Origin: an uncultured Pelagibacteraceae bacterium
Lineage (GTDB): Bacteria > Pseudomonadota > Alphaproteobacteria > Pelagibacterales > Pelagibacteraceae
DNA: 64,000 nucleotides
Reading direction: 5' to 3'
Assembly (NCBI GenBank): GCA_902570715.1
Contig: CACFZB010000001.1
Span: 5,615-69,614, forward strand
The notes below the pieces were generated by a model. It saw only the letters and a list, made by a program, of their open reading frames with translations. It searched no databases and had not been told where the DNA came from. The position numbers and the translations under genes are program-made. Below are positions 1 through 13,009 of this stretch, one piece after another. How positions within the stretch are numbered: position 1 is the stretch's first letter; each line of letters opens with the position of its first letter.

Positions 1-519
1 ACTTAAAAAAGCAATTTCATCTTTTCTTATTTTGTATTTTTTTACTGGCATGTCATAAACTTTTGAGTTTGGTTTATAAACTCCTACTTCCTCAATAGAA
101 AAGATATCGTCGAATAAATTTTCTAGATTATTACTTTTAACTAATTCATTAAGCAAGGATGGAGTTCCATTTGAAAGAATGGCTAATTTAAGTTTTTTTT
201 TCTTTAATGTTTTCAAAGTTTCTTGAACTTCTTTAAAAGGTGAGAGAACTTTATAGAGATCTAGCAATTCATCTCTCATACTGAACTCTATTTTAAAAGC
301 TTTCATAGATTTGTCTAAGCTATCTTCGGTAATTTGCCAAAAATCCTTATGTCTTCCCATCAAACTTCGAAGCCAAGTGTATTCTAACTGGGTGGTTCTC
401 CAAAAATTTGCAAAAGGTTCCCATTTATCTCCAATTTTATTTTTACATTTTTCAGCAGCAGAATTGACATCAAACAACGTTCCGTAAGCATCAAAAATTA
501 TTGCTTTAACATTTTTCAT
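1..519 (-). CDS. Haloacid dehalogenase type II (HAD family), 3' end outside window
   Basis: Read manually: ATG at 519, MKNVKAIIFDAYGTLFDVNSAAEKC... (HAD motif I FDAYGTLFD), later LSNG and YKP motifs; not in ORF track because it runs off the edge. Confidence 0.85.
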   Translation of the reverse strand, partial: MKNVKAIIFDAYGTLFDVNSAAEKCKNKIGDKWEPFANFWRTTQLEYTWLRSLMGRHKDFWQITEDSLDKSMKAFKIEFSMRDELLDLYKVLSPFKEVQETLKTLKKKKLKLAILSNGTPSLLNELVKSNNLENLFDDIFSIEEVGVYKPNSKVYDMPVKKYKIRKDEIAFLS

Positions 520-536
520 AAACTAACTTAACACAA

Positions 537-1238
537 ATGAACAATATTAGATTATTTTTTTCGAACCCATTATCTGCAGATATGACCAATAAATTAGATA
601 AGTCTCAATCACATTATCTGACTAAAGTTATGCGAATTAAAGAGAGTGAAGTCTTTTCAATATTTAATCAAAATGGAGAATGGGAAGCAAAAATTTTAAA
701 AATATCAAAAGGTATTGTTGAATTTAAAATAGTCAAACAATTAAGAAAAAAAGAAAGTTCACAAGAATTGTGGCTAGCATTCTCTCCAATTAAATCAAAC
801 TATCAAAATTTTATGATTCAAAAAGCCACTGAACTAGGAGTGACTAAATTTTTACCAATTATTTTTGACAGAACAGTTGTGAGAAAAATTAATAATGAGC
901 GTTTGGAAAAAATAGTTATTGAAGCAAGTGAACAATCAAATCGACTAAATGTACCTGAAATTGAGAAAGCTCAAAATTTGAAAAATTTTTTAAACTTAAA
1001 TTCAATGGACTTAATTTTTACTGATTTAAATTCAAATAATAAAAAAATTGATAGATCAAAGTTAACAGATAAACCAATTTGTATTATAATAGGTCCTGAA
1101 GGTGATTTTTCAGAGACTGAAAGAAAGGAGATTCTCTCTTTTAAAGGTGTTCAGCCTCTTAAAATTAATGAGAATATTTTAAGATCAGAAACAGCAGTGA
1201 TATCAGCTATTTCAATCATAAATTATGTGATTAATTGA
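537..1238 (+). CDS. rsmE: 16S rRNA m3U1498 methyltransferase
   Basis: QKATELGV, EASEQS, IGPEGDFS, ILRSETA SPOUT motifs. Confidence 0.95.
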   Translation: MNNIRLFFSNPLSADMTNKLDKSQSHYLTKVMRIKESEVFSIFNQNGEWEAKILKISKGIVEFKIVKQLRKKESSQELWLAFSPIKSNYQNFMIQKATELGVTKFLPIIFDRTVVRKINNERLEKIVIEASEQSNRLNVPEIEKAQNLKNFLNLNSMDLIFTDLNSNNKKIDRSKLTDKPICIIIGPEGDFSETERKEILSFKGVQPLKINENILRSETAVISAISIINYVIN

Positions 1239-1298
1239 TAAATTGTCGCGAAAACTAAAGTGTAATTTTTGTAAAAGAGCTTTATATAGCTATTAAAA

Positions 1299-3748
<2,450 letters not shown>

Positions 3749-3768
3749 AATAAAAGCTAAGAAAATTG

Positions 3769-4680
3769 ATGGATAATTCAAAGTTAAAAAAAAGAAGTTT
3801 ATCACAAGAAGATTTATTTAATTTATCTGAGTTATTTAAATTGATGAAGCCAAGAGTTATGTCTTTAGTGATTTTTACATGTGCAGTTGGTTTATTGACT
3901 GCCCCAAATGTTGTTTCAACAAAAGATGCTATAATTGGAATTTTATTAGTCTCATTAGGTGCTGGAGCCGCTGGAGCATTGAATATGTGGTATGAATCTG
4001 ATCTTGATGCTTTGATGACTAGAACTTGTTTAAGACCTATTCCTACAGGAAAAGTTAACAGAAATCAGGCTCTTATTTTTGGGGTTACCCTATCAATTGT
4101 TTCAGTGATAGCATTAGATTATTTTACAAATAGAATTTCAGCCGCAATATTACTTTTAACCATTTTGTTTTATGTTTTTGTTTATACAATTTGGCTGAAA
4201 AGAAGAACACCACAAAATATTGTTATTGGTGGAGCTGCTGGAGCATTCCCTCCTGTGATTGGGTGGACAATTGCAACTGGTTCACTTTCAATTGAACCAT
4301 TAGCTTTCTTTTTGATTATATTTTTTTGGACTCCTTCGCATTTTTGGGCTTTGAGTTTATATAAATCTGATGATTATAAAAAAGCTAATATACCAATGCT
4401 TCCTTTAACAAATGGAGTTGAGACTACAAAAATAAACATATTTGTTTATTCTTTGTTAATGCTTCCAGTTATAATATTTCCATATATAATAAATTTTGTT
4501 GGATTTACTTTTTTAGTACCATCATTATTGTTAACATTCTATTACAATTTTTTATGTTACGAACTATACAATTATAAGAGAAATAAGTTTAATCCAAAAA
4601 AAGCTAAAGCAATATTTGGATATTCAATACTTTATTTATTTTTAATTTTTGTCCTTTTTCTGATAGATAAAATATTATGA
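3769..4680 (+). CDS. ctaB: Protoheme IX farnesyltransferase (heme O synthase)
   Basis: LMKPRV, DALMTRTCLRPIPTG, LKRRTPQNIVIGG, WTPSHFWAL; ATG 3769 preferred over TTG 3766. Confidence 0.95.
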   Translation: MDNSKLKKRSLSQEDLFNLSELFKLMKPRVMSLVIFTCAVGLLTAPNVVSTKDAIIGILLVSLGAGAAGALNMWYESDLDALMTRTCLRPIPTGKVNRNQALIFGVTLSIVSVIALDYFTNRISAAILLLTILFYVFVYTIWLKRRTPQNIVIGGAAGAFPPVIGWTIATGSLSIEPLAFFLIIFFWTPSHFWALSLYKSDDYKKANIPMLPLTNGVETTKINIFVYSLLMLPVIIFPYIINFVGFTFLVPSLLLTFYYNFLCYELYNYKRNKFNPKKAKAIFGYSILYLFLIFVLFLIDKIL

Positions 4681-4802
4681 TAACACCAGATAAAAAAACT
4701 AAAAAAAAAAATATTATTACGGCACTCGCAATTATTGCTTTTATGATTTTTCTCTTCTTTTTTACTTTATATAATACTGGAGTATTTGATAGGACCATAT
4801 GA
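4677..4802 (+). CDS. Small single-pass membrane protein in cox operon (CoxF-like position), 41 aa
   Basis: MITPDKKTKKKNIITALAIIAFMIFLFFFTLYNTGVFDRTI*; ATGA overlaps with both the ctaB stop and the ctaG start. Confidence 0.75.
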   Translation: MITPDKKTKKKNIITALAIIAFMIFLFFFTLYNTGVFDRTI

Positions 4803-5332
4803 TTGAAAGAAAGAAATTAACCCCGATAGTCTTAGCTGGTATTTTTGTTTTAATGCTAGGTTTGTCATACGCAGCAGTGCCTTTATATGATCTTTTTTGT
4901 AGAGTTACTGGTTTTGGAGGAACTACTCAAGTTTCGAACAATGTACCAAAGGTAGTTTTAGATAAAGTTGTAAGTGTCAGATTTGATACTAATGTAAATA
5001 ACTTACCATGGGATTTTAAAGCTAAATCAAATGTTATTGATGTAAAAGTTGGTCAAGTTAATAAAATAGAGTTTGAAGTATCAAATTACAGTGATGAGCC
5101 AACAGCCGGAGTGGCAAGTTTCAATGTTTCACCTGCCAGCTTTGGTAAATATTATAGTAAATTGGGATGTTTTTGTTTTGAAAAACAGGAATTAAAAGCT
5201 GGTGAAACAGCAACTTACGTAATGACTTTTTATTTAGACCCCGAAATGGTCAATGACCCTACCGTAAAAAACTTAGAAGATGTTACTATGTCGTATACTT
5301 TTTTCTCGACAGATTACTATAAACAATCATAA
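4799..5332 (+). CDS. ctaG: Cytochrome c oxidase assembly Cu chaperone Cox11/CtaG
   Basis: YAAVPLYDLFCRVTGFGG and CFCF copper motif. Confidence 0.95.
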   Translation: MIERKKLTPIVLAGIFVLMLGLSYAAVPLYDLFCRVTGFGGTTQVSNNVPKVVLDKVVSVRFDTNVNNLPWDFKAKSNVIDVKVGQVNKIEFEVSNYSDEPTAGVASFNVSPASFGKYYSKLGCFCFEKQELKAGETATYVMTFYLDPEMVNDPTVKNLEDVTMSYTFFSTDYYKQS

Positions 5333-5341
5333 TTCAAAAAA

Positions 5342-6130
5342 ATGTCAGCTGAAAAAAAACATGATTATCACCTTGTAGACCCAAGTCCTTGGCCAATCTA
5401 CACTTCTTTCTCATGCTTAGTTTTAGCTTTAGGTGCAGTTTATTATATGCATGCAGATGTATCATGGGGAATGTATTTAGGTTTAGCTCTATTAATTTAC
5501 GGAGCCTATATGTGGTTTAGAGATGTTGTGATTGAAGCTGAACATCAAGGACATCATACTCCAGTTGTTCAAATTCATCATCGTTATGGAATGACATTAT
5601 TCATTGCTTCAGAAGTAATGTTTTTCGTTGCATGGTTTTGGGCATATTTTGATGTGAGTCTTTTTCCAAACGAGTTTGTGGGAAATGTTTGGCCACCTAA
5701 AGATATTAAAACTTTTGATCCTTGGGATATTCCTTTAATCAATACACTTGTATTGCTGTTGTCAGGTACAACTGTAACTTGGTCTCATCATGCTCTTCTA
5801 GAAGATGATAGAAAAGGTTTCATTAATGGATTAATCTTGACTGTAATTCTTGGAGTTTGTTTCACAGCTCTCCAAGCTTACGAATACCATCACGCAACAT
5901 TTACATTTTCAAATCATATTTATGGCTCAGTATTTTATATGGCAACAGGATTTCATGGTTTTCACGTAATAGTAGGAACTATATTTTTAGCGGTTTGTTT
6001 ATGGCGTGGAAAATTAGGTCACTTTAATAAAGATCATCACTTTGGTTTTGAAGCTGCAGCTTGGTATTGGCATTTTGTTGATGTGGTTTGGTTGTTTTTA
6101 TTTGCTGCAATTTATATTTGGGGAAGTTAA
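5342..6130 (+). CDS. coxC: Cytochrome c oxidase subunit III
   Basis: HDYHLVDPSPWP, SEVMFF, ATGFHGFHV, WYWHFVDVVW. Confidence 0.97.
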   Translation: MSAEKKHDYHLVDPSPWPIYTSFSCLVLALGAVYYMHADVSWGMYLGLALLIYGAYMWFRDVVIEAEHQGHHTPVVQIHHRYGMTLFIASEVMFFVAWFWAYFDVSLFPNEFVGNVWPPKDIKTFDPWDIPLINTLVLLLSGTTVTWSHHALLEDDRKGFINGLILTVILGVCFTALQAYEYHHATFTFSNHIYGSVFYMATGFHGFHVIVGTIFLAVCLWRGKLGHFNKDHHFGFEAAAWYWHFVDVVWLFLFAAIYIWGS

Positions 6131-6138
6131 TTTGATCC

Positions 6139-6792
6139 TTGAAAAATAAGTTTTTATTTACAGTTTTTACATTTTTTTTTATCTCAGTTTTTATTGCATT
6201 GGGTTCATGGCAAATAATTCGTTTAAATTGGAAAAATAATCTTATTTTAGAAATTGAGGAGTCTCTTAAAAAACCACCTGTAGAGTTATCCAAATCTACT
6301 GTAGAAAATTACTTAAAGATCAAAACTTCAGGATCTATAGATTTTGAAAAACAAATTTACTTATATAATTTAAATGATAATGGTGTTCCTGGGTTTGAAG
6401 TTGTGAACCCTTTTTTTGTAGATGATAAAAATTACTTAATTAATAGAGGATGGATACCCTTTGAAAAAAAAGATACAGATAAAATTATTAAATTTGATGG
6501 TAAAAATATTGTTGGAACTTTAAAAAAACAGGGGAGAAAAAATATTTTCAAACCTGATAATGACCTAAAAAAGAACTATTGGTTCAGCTTAGATAGAAAA
6601 GATGTTTTAAGTTATACTGGCAAAGAGTTCTCTGAATATATAATTTATTTAAATGGCAATTATACTCTTCCAAAACCAAAAAAAATTACTGCTAATATTT
6701 CTAATAATCATAAAAAATATGCTATTACTTGGTTTTCATTAGCGATTTCAATTCTTTTGTTATATTTATATTTTAGAAAAAAGAATTATTAA
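6139..6792 (+). CDS. surf1: SURF1/Shy1 family oxidase assembly protein
   Basis: LGSWQIIRLNWK, INRGWIP, NNHKKYAITWF. Confidence 0.92.
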   Translation: MKNKFLFTVFTFFFISVFIALGSWQIIRLNWKNNLILEIEESLKKPPVELSKSTVENYLKIKTSGSIDFEKQIYLYNLNDNGVPGFEVVNPFFVDDKNYLINRGWIPFEKKDTDKIIKFDGKNIVGTLKKQGRKNIFKPDNDLKKNYWFSLDRKDVLSYTGKEFSEYIIYLNGNYTLPKPKKITANISNNHKKYAITWFSLAISILLLYLYFRKKNY

Positions 6793-8172
6793 ATGGAATA
6801 CGTAAGCACTAGAAATAGCTCAAACAATTTTAAATTTAAAGATGTATTCATTAAGGGTTTGGCAGACGATGGAGGATTATATATTCCAAAATCTCTTCAT
6901 AAATATAATCAAAAGGATTTAGATAGTTTTAAAGACTTAGAATATTCAGATCTAGCTAAAAAAATTATCTATCCATTTATTGGTGATTTTATAAGTGAAA
7001 ATGATTTGGGCAAATTAGTCGATAAATCTTATTCAGTTTTTAGAGAAAAAAATGTTGTCAATTTAATTAAGATTGGTGATCGGTCTGTCTTAGAATTGTT
7101 TCATGGACCAACTTTGGCTTTTAAAGACATCGCAATGCAACTTTTAGGAAATTTTTACGAGTATTATCTTGATAGAACCAATGAAAAAATAAATATAGTT
7201 GTTGCTACCTCGGGAGATACTGGGGCAGCTGCAATTGATGCGATTAAAGGAAAAAAAAATTTAAATATTTTTGTTCTACATCCAAACAATCGAATTTCGC
7301 CTGTTCAGAGAAAATTAATGACAACAGGTAGTGAAAAAAATGTTTTTAATATTGCTGTAAATGGAAATTTTGATGATTGTCAAAATTTAGTAAAAGCGAT
7401 GTTTGCTGATAAATCTTTTTCAAATTCAATAAAGATGTCTGGAGTTAATTCTATAAACTGGGCAAGAATAATTGCACAAAGTATCTATTATTTTTATAGT
7501 TATTTTTCGATTGAGGATAAAACTCAACCAATTAATTTTTCTGTGCCAACAGGTAATTTTGGTGATGTATATGCTGGTTATTTAGCAAAAAAAATGGGTT
7601 TACCTATAGGAAAGCTTTTAGTTGCAACAAATCAAAATGATATATTACATAGAGCTATATCAAAAGGTGAATATAATATTGAGAAAGTTTTTGAAACTAT
7701 TTCACCTAGTATGGATATTCAACTAGCAAGTAATTTTGAGAGACTTTTATACGACATTAATAATCATAGTGACATAGAAACAATTTCTGCAATGAAAAAT
7801 ATAAAAGAAAAAGGAAGATATAAAATTGATAAAGATAAATTAGATAAGATAAATCTAGATTTTCTATCATCGAGAATGAGTGAGGATGAGATTTTGAAAG
7901 TGATTAAAAATGTTTATGAAGAATTTGAAATAATTTTAGATCCACATACAGCTATTGGATATGGGGCTTTTGATAAAGTGAATATTAAAGGGAATAATAT
8001 TGTTTTGGGGACAGCTCATCCTTGCAAGTTTCCTGATGCAATAAAAAAATCTATAAATCTTAATGCAAATTTGCCAAAAGAATTAATGTTTATTTTGGAT
8101 GAGAACGAAAATTATGATATAATAGATAATAACCTAGATAAAATCAAAAAATATATCAAAGAAAGAATTTAA
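6793..8172 (+). CDS. thrC: Threonine synthase
   Basis: YVSTR, ELFHGPTLAFKD PLP lysine, ATSGDTG, SINWARI, TAHPCKF. Confidence 0.96.
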   Translation: MEYVSTRNSSNNFKFKDVFIKGLADDGGLYIPKSLHKYNQKDLDSFKDLEYSDLAKKIIYPFIGDFISENDLGKLVDKSYSVFREKNVVNLIKIGDRSVLELFHGPTLAFKDIAMQLLGNFYEYYLDRTNEKINIVVATSGDTGAAAIDAIKGKKNLNIFVLHPNNRISPVQRKLMTTGSEKNVFNIAVNGNFDDCQNLVKAMFADKSFSNSIKMSGVNSINWARIIAQSIYYFYSYFSIEDKTQPINFSVPTGNFGDVYAGYLAKKMGLPIGKLLVATNQNDILHRAISKGEYNIEKVFETISPSMDIQLASNFERLLYDINNHSDIETISAMKNIKEKGRYKIDKDKLDKINLDFLSSRMSEDEILKVIKNVYEEFEIILDPHTAIGYGAFDKVNIKGNNIVLGTAHPCKFPDAIKKSINLNANLPKELMFILDENENYDIIDNNLDKIKKYIKERI

Positions 8173-8657
8173 TGAAAATAAAAGAGAATGAATTAATTCC
8201 AAATTCAGAAGTATTTATTCTTGAAGATGGTGAACCAGTAAAAAAAAATATTGAGAAATTTTTGAAAAACAAAAAAACAGTAATATTTGGTTTGCCAGGG
8301 GCCTACACTTCTGTTTGTTCTGCAAAGCATTTACCAGGATATGTAAAAAATAGTGAAAAATATAAAGAGAAAGGTGTTGACCAAATTATTTGCATTTCTG
8401 TTAATGATCCATTCGTAATGAATGCCTGGGGTAAAGAAAATAACGTAGGTGATAAAATTATAATGATGGGGGATCCTTTTTTGAATTTTACAAAAGCAAT
8501 AGGTGCTGAGGTTGATAAAGGTGGTAGGGGATTAGGAATTAGATCTAATAGATACACGATGCTAGTTGACAATCTTAAAATTATAAAGATACAAGAGGAA
8601 AAAGACACTGGTTCGTGTGAAATATCTGCTGCAGAAAATTTTTTAGAACTAGTCTAG
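8172..8657 (+). CDS. Peroxiredoxin (Prx5 type)
   Basis: LPGAYTSVCSAKHLPGY, SVNDPFVMNAW, RSNRY. Confidence 0.92.
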   Translation: MKIKENELIPNSEVFILEDGEPVKKNIEKFLKNKKTVIFGLPGAYTSVCSAKHLPGYVKNSEKYKEKGVDQIICISVNDPFVMNAWGKENNVGDKIIMMGDPFLNFTKAIGAEVDKGGRGLGIRSNRYTMLVDNLKIIKIQEEKDTGSCEISAAENFLELV

Positions 8658-9074
8658 TCCAGCTGCTTTTTTAGCCAATAAATCAACTTCTTCATTTAAT
8701 GGATTACCCGCGTGAGCTTTAATCCAAATCCATTTAACTTTTAATACTTTATTTAAATTATAAAGTTCAGTCCAAAGATCTTTATTTTTTACCTCTTCTT
8801 TTTTGGAAGTTTTCCAATTGTTTTTGACCCAAGTGTTTATCCATTCAGTTATTCCAAGTTTTACATACTTGGAATCTGTGTAAATTTTAATTTCTTCATC
8901 AGAATCAATACTCTTTAAAGCATTGATAGGAGCCATCAATTCCATTCTGTTATTTGTAGTATTTTTTTCACTGCCACTTATTTTTTTTATTTTCCCATTA
9001 ATGTTTATGATTGCTGCCCAACCGCCATTTCCTGGATTTTCTAAACATGAGCCATCAGTGTGAATTTCAATCAT
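8649..9074 (-). CDS. rnhA: Ribonuclease HI
   Basis: TDGSCLENPGNGG, TTNNRMEL, YTDS, KAHAG..NEEVD. Confidence 0.96.
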   Translation of the reverse strand: MIEIHTDGSCLENPGNGGWAAIININGKIKKISGSEKNTTNNRMELMAPINALKSIDSDEEIKIYTDSKYVKLGITEWINTWVKNNWKTSKKEEVKNKDLWTELYNLNKVLKVKWIWIKAHAGNPLNEEVDLLAKKAAGLD

Positions 9075-10039
9075 TAATTTAAATAATGTTTGTAATTTTT
9101 TAAATTATTATGCGCCACTAGCTTTTGATAATATTCCCCAGGATCCTTAATCTTAATTAAAGCTGTTTTTGGAGTATTTGTATAATCATAAAGTCTTGTT
9201 AAAAAGTATCTCATTGCTGCACCACGACACAAAATATTTAATGAACTTTTTTCTTTGTTAGAAATTTTTTTAATACTTTCATATCCTTTAATAATATTTT
9301 TAACTTTTTTTTTGTTTAAGATAAATTTATTTTTGTATTTATCAAAACATAATGCATTTACACAAATTGCAATTTCATACATAAAATAATCATTTGCTGC
9401 GAAATAAAAATCTATAATTCCAGATAGTTTGTTATTCTTAAAAAAAATATTGTCAATAAATAAATCTCCGTGAATTATTCCACTTGGTAATTTTTTTGGC
9501 CATCTTTTTTTAATATCTATAAAATTAGTTTTTAAGAACTTTTCAATGTTTATAAATTTTTTTGATTTAAATTTAATGCTGTTTAACAATGGATTTAAAT
9601 TTTTTATTCCCATTGAGTTTTTTCTATAAAGTTTAATTTTTTTTGTAGAAGAATGCATTTGAGCAATCATTTTTCCAACATCATAGCAATTTTTGACACT
9701 TAATGATTTTTTATCTTTTCCATTAAGAAAGGAGACAATGCACGCAGTTTTATTTCTTAATTTAAATAAATAATTTCCCTTATTATTTTTTAATGGTTTT
9801 GGACAAGTAACTTTTGAATTATTCAATTGATCCATCAATTTTATAAAAAAAGGTATTTCTTTTTTTGAAACTCTTTTCTCAAAAATAGTCAAAATAAACT
9901 TTTCATTTTTTGATTTTAGTAAATAATTTGTATTTTCTATACCTTGCTTAATACCTTTGAAGTTAATAAATTTTTTATCAAAAAATTTTTTATTTATAAT
10001 TAAAAGATCTTTTTTGTTAATTTTTGTATATACAGCCAT
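9074..10039 (-). CDS. thrB: Homoserine kinase type II
   Basis: MAVYT, GIENTNY, IHGDLFIDN, IIDFYFA, LTRLYD. Confidence 0.93.
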   Translation of the reverse strand: MAVYTKINKKDLLIINKKFFDKKFINFKGIKQGIENTNYLLKSKNEKFILTIFEKRVSKKEIPFFIKLMDQLNNSKVTCPKPLKNNKGNYLFKLRNKTACIVSFLNGKDKKSLSVKNCYDVGKMIAQMHSSTKKIKLYRKNSMGIKNLNPLLNSIKFKSKKFINIEKFLKTNFIDIKKRWPKKLPSGIIHGDLFIDNIFFKNNKLSGIIDFYFAANDYFMYEIAICVNALCFDKYKNKFILNKKKVKNIIKGYESIKKISNKEKSSLNILCRGAAMRYFLTRLYDYTNTPKTALIKIKDPGEYYQKLVAHNNLKNYKHYLN

Positions 10040-10984
10040 TCAATTTAATTTCTTAGGAATTTTGAAAACAACATTTTCTTTTATTGCTTCTACTTCATCT
10101 ATGTTGACTGTAAATCTTTTTTTTAAGCTGTTTATAAAATTACTAACTAAAATTTCTGGAGCTGAAGCTCCAGATGAAATTCCGATGATATTAGATTTTT
10201 CAATCAACCCATATGGAATTTCACTTTGTGAATGGATTAATTGAGAATTAGGACAACCTGATTTTTTAGCTACTTCAACAAGTCTAACAGAATTAGATGA
10301 ATTTCTACTTCCTATAACAAAAAATAAATCACATTTTTTTGCAATATTTTTAACTGCCATTTGCCGATTTGTTGTTGCATAACAAATATCCTCTTTCATT
10401 GGTTCTCTTATTTTTGGAAATCTCTTTTTCAAAATTTTTATTATATCTTCTGTATCATCAACTGATAGTGTTGTTTGAGTAACATAAGATATTTTATCTT
10501 TATTATTTGTTTCATATTTTTTTGCTTCATCTTCGTTTTGGATTAGATCTATTGATCCATTTGGCAATTGACCCATTGTGCCAATAACTTCAGGATGGTT
10601 TTGATGACCTATTAAGATTAAATGATAGCCAGCTTTATGAAGATTTTCAGCTTCTCTATGAACTTTTGAGACTAGTGGGCAAGTAGCATCAACATAAGTC
10701 ATATTATAATTTTTTGCGTCCTCTGGTATTTTTTTAGGAACACCATGAGCAGAAAAAATTACTGGTCTTGATTTATCCTCTATTTCTTCAAGTTCTTCAA
10801 CAAAGATTGCTCCTTTATTTTTTAAATCGTCAACCACATACTTATTATGAACTATTTCATGTCTAACATAGACAGGAGCTCCATATTTTTGAATTGATTT
10901 TTCAACTATTTCAATAGCTCTTTCAACACCGGCACAAAAACCTCTCGGCGCAGATAATAGTATTTTAATCTCTTTATTTTTCAT
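10040..10984 (-). CDS. ispH: HMBPP reductase (MEP pathway)
   Basis: PRGFCAGVERA, DATCPLV, DICYATTNRQ, SSNS, GASAPE. Confidence 0.97.
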   Translation of the reverse strand: MKNKEIKILLSAPRGFCAGVERAIEIVEKSIQKYGAPVYVRHEIVHNKYVVDDLKNKGAIFVEELEEIEDKSRPVIFSAHGVPKKIPEDAKNYNMTYVDATCPLVSKVHREAENLHKAGYHLILIGHQNHPEVIGTMGQLPNGSIDLIQNEDEAKKYETNNKDKISYVTQTTLSVDDTEDIIKILKKRFPKIREPMKEDICYATTNRQMAVKNIAKKCDLFFVIGSRNSSNSVRLVEVAKKSGCPNSQLIHSQSEIPYGLIEKSNIIGISSGASAPEILVSNFINSLKKRFTVNIDEVEAIKENVVFKIPKKLN

Positions 10985-11942
10985 TCTTCTCTAAAAGATA
11001 TTCCAGCAATATATGTGGAAAGGTTAAAGACGCCAAACCTATAAATATTACTTTAAATATAGCCTCATTTAATTGATTTAGATCTAGTAAAAAATACAAA
11101 GCGATGATGAAAATAATAGCTGTAATTATAGAGAGCGGTAAAGCTTTATTTAAAAACATATTTAAACCTTTTTTTATATTTTCCTTATCAAGTTCCGAAC
11201 TAAGAGAAATAATATGTCTTATAGAATGTAAGAAACAAAAATAAATAGTAAAAGCAAAAAATGGATTAAAAAAATAATTCATTGCTAAAATTGATGGCAC
11301 TTCAAAGTAAAAAGAAGCAGATTCTTTTCCAGAAATTAAATAAGAAGATAAAATCACTAAACCAAGCATTAATTCAAAAAAATAATATTTTTCTAAATTA
11401 AAAAGATAATCTGCAAAAGTAGCACTGGATATTATTCTAAAAATTTCAATTGTTTCATTAGAATGGAATAATAAAGGTGCGAAAATAATAATAGAACCTC
11501 TTGAAAAATAATAAAGTAATTTAAAATTTGATTTTCTTACTTTCTCAAGACTGTCTTCTTTACCAAAATGGTAAGCTGCAATAATTAAAAAAATAAACAA
11601 AGTTGTTGTTGGTAAAACTTTCCATAGAAGTATTATGAAAAGAGCAATCAATATATAACTTAAGTAAAAAATAATTGAATTTTCCAAAGAGTAAAATTTT
11701 AAAAGTTTTCTACCTTTATGATTATCTAAAGATCCATGAGAAACACCAATCGTTGCGATTAAAAAAAAACATATCAGATTTGTTGTACTATTATTTATAA
11801 TAGGATTTTCTTTAATTATTTTCCAATCGAGACTCTCAAATTCTTGATTAGGAAATATAAAAACTCCAAGCAAAATAATGACTAACACAGTAAACCAAAT
11901 ACTGTGGTAAAATTCTAATTCATCTAATTCCATTTTGTTCAT
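10974..11942 (-). CDS. blh: Beta-carotene 15,15'-dioxygenase (Brp/Blh family, retinal forming)
   Basis: Multi-TM; GVSHGSLD, AYHFGKED, FCFLHSIRH, LTFPHILL histidine motifs; adjacent to crtY. Confidence 0.93.
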   Translation of the reverse strand: MNKMELDELEFYHSIWFTVLVIILLGVFIFPNQEFESLDWKIIKENPIINNSTTNLICFFLIATIGVSHGSLDNHKGRKLLKFYSLENSIIFYLSYILIALFIILLWKVLPTTTLFIFLIIAAYHFGKEDSLEKVRKSNFKLLYYFSRGSIIIFAPLLFHSNETIEIFRIISSATFADYLFNLEKYYFFELMLGLVILSSYLISGKESASFYFEVPSILAMNYFFNPFFAFTIYFCFLHSIRHIISLSSELDKENIKKGLNMFLNKALPLSIITAIIFIIALYFLLDLNQLNEAIFKVIFIGLASLTFPHILLEYLLEKNEK

Positions 11943-13009
11943 TAATAAAATAAAGCCTTAATAAAAGTCCATTTTGGCATTTTTAAAATTATTTTTAAAT
12001 CTTCAAAAAAATTACTTTTATTTGATAAAAATTTTATAACAGTCTTTGGCGATGTCCTAAACATGTTAAAGAATATATTAGACATTTTTTTAGGATGTTT
12101 ATTTAAGACTCTAAGAAAAATATCATCTAAAAATTGATATTTTTTACTTATTTCAAATCTTTTTGAATTAGAAATATTTTCAATGTTTTCTCTTATGTAT
12201 TTACTATGCTCTTGAATATTTAAAAAGGTATAACCAGTACTTAATCTTGTCATACCTCCTGCAGTCCCAATATTTATTTTATTTTTTTCTTTTTTATAAA
12301 GTGGATAGAAGAGAGGGATTGCACCTTCTTCTTTATATATAATTTCATAATCTTTTATTTTAAGATGATTTTTAATATAATCTTTAATTTGTTGGTCATA
12401 GTCTTTTTGAGAATTATCATTCATTTTAGATAACCAAGTTGTTTCAACCAAAGCTTTATTTTTTGAGAAAGGAAGTGTATAAAAAAAATGAACACTATCT
12501 CTTTGCTCGCAATCAAAATCCATAAGATTAAAAATTTGCTCATCAAAACAATTATTTTTTGTCTCAATTTCTACACCGCAAAAATGTTGCCAAAGGTTTA
12601 GATGATTTTTTTTAATAATTGGAACACTGCTAAAAATAAATGAGTTTTTTGTATTAATTTCCTCAATGTTTTTAAAAAAAGAAATATTTCTATTTTCTTT
12701 CAATTTATTATTTATTTTCTCATAAAATAAACCACTATCTATACTTTGATATGGATAATCTTTACATTCTATATGATTAGTTTTGTTAGGTATATTTATT
12801 GAAAAGTTTTCCCAACTTTTTTTTACGCAATCATCAAAATTATGTGGTGCTACTTTCCAGAAAGACCACGTTTTATCTCTTTTATAATCTGGCCTAGTTT
12901 CAATAATAGCTAAAGTTTTATTTTTTAATTTTTCATGTGTCTCCAGTTCATATGCAAGTGATAAACCCGCACATCCACCACCAATAATTACATAATCAAA
13001 TTCTTTCAT
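11942..13009 (-). CDS. crtY: Lycopene beta-cyclase
   Basis: IIGGGCAGLSLA, DKTWSFW, LMDF, FFYTLPFS, IGTAGG...STGYTF. Confidence 0.92.
   Translation of the reverse strand: MKEFDYVIIGGGCAGLSLAYELETHEKLKNKTLAIIETRPDYKRDKTWSFWKVAPHNFDDCVKKSWENFSINIPNKTNHIECKDYPYQSIDSGLFYEKINNKLKENRNISFFKNIEEINTKNSFIFSSVPIIKKNHLNLWQHFCGVEIETKNNCFDEQIFNLMDFDCEQRDSVHFFYTLPFSKNKALVETTWLSKMNDNSQKDYDQQIKDYIKNHLKIKDYEIIYKEEGAIPLFYPLYKKEKNKINIGTAGGMTRLSTGYTFLNIQEHSKYIRENIENISNSKRFEISKKYQFLDDIFLRVLNKHPKKMSNIFFNMFRTSPKTVIKFLSNKSNFFEDLKIILKMPKWTFIKALFY

Noticed and set aside
4604-4798. 64-aa minus-strand ORF
   Set aside because: Antisense shadow of the better-supported 41-aa plus-strand ORF coupled into the cox operon
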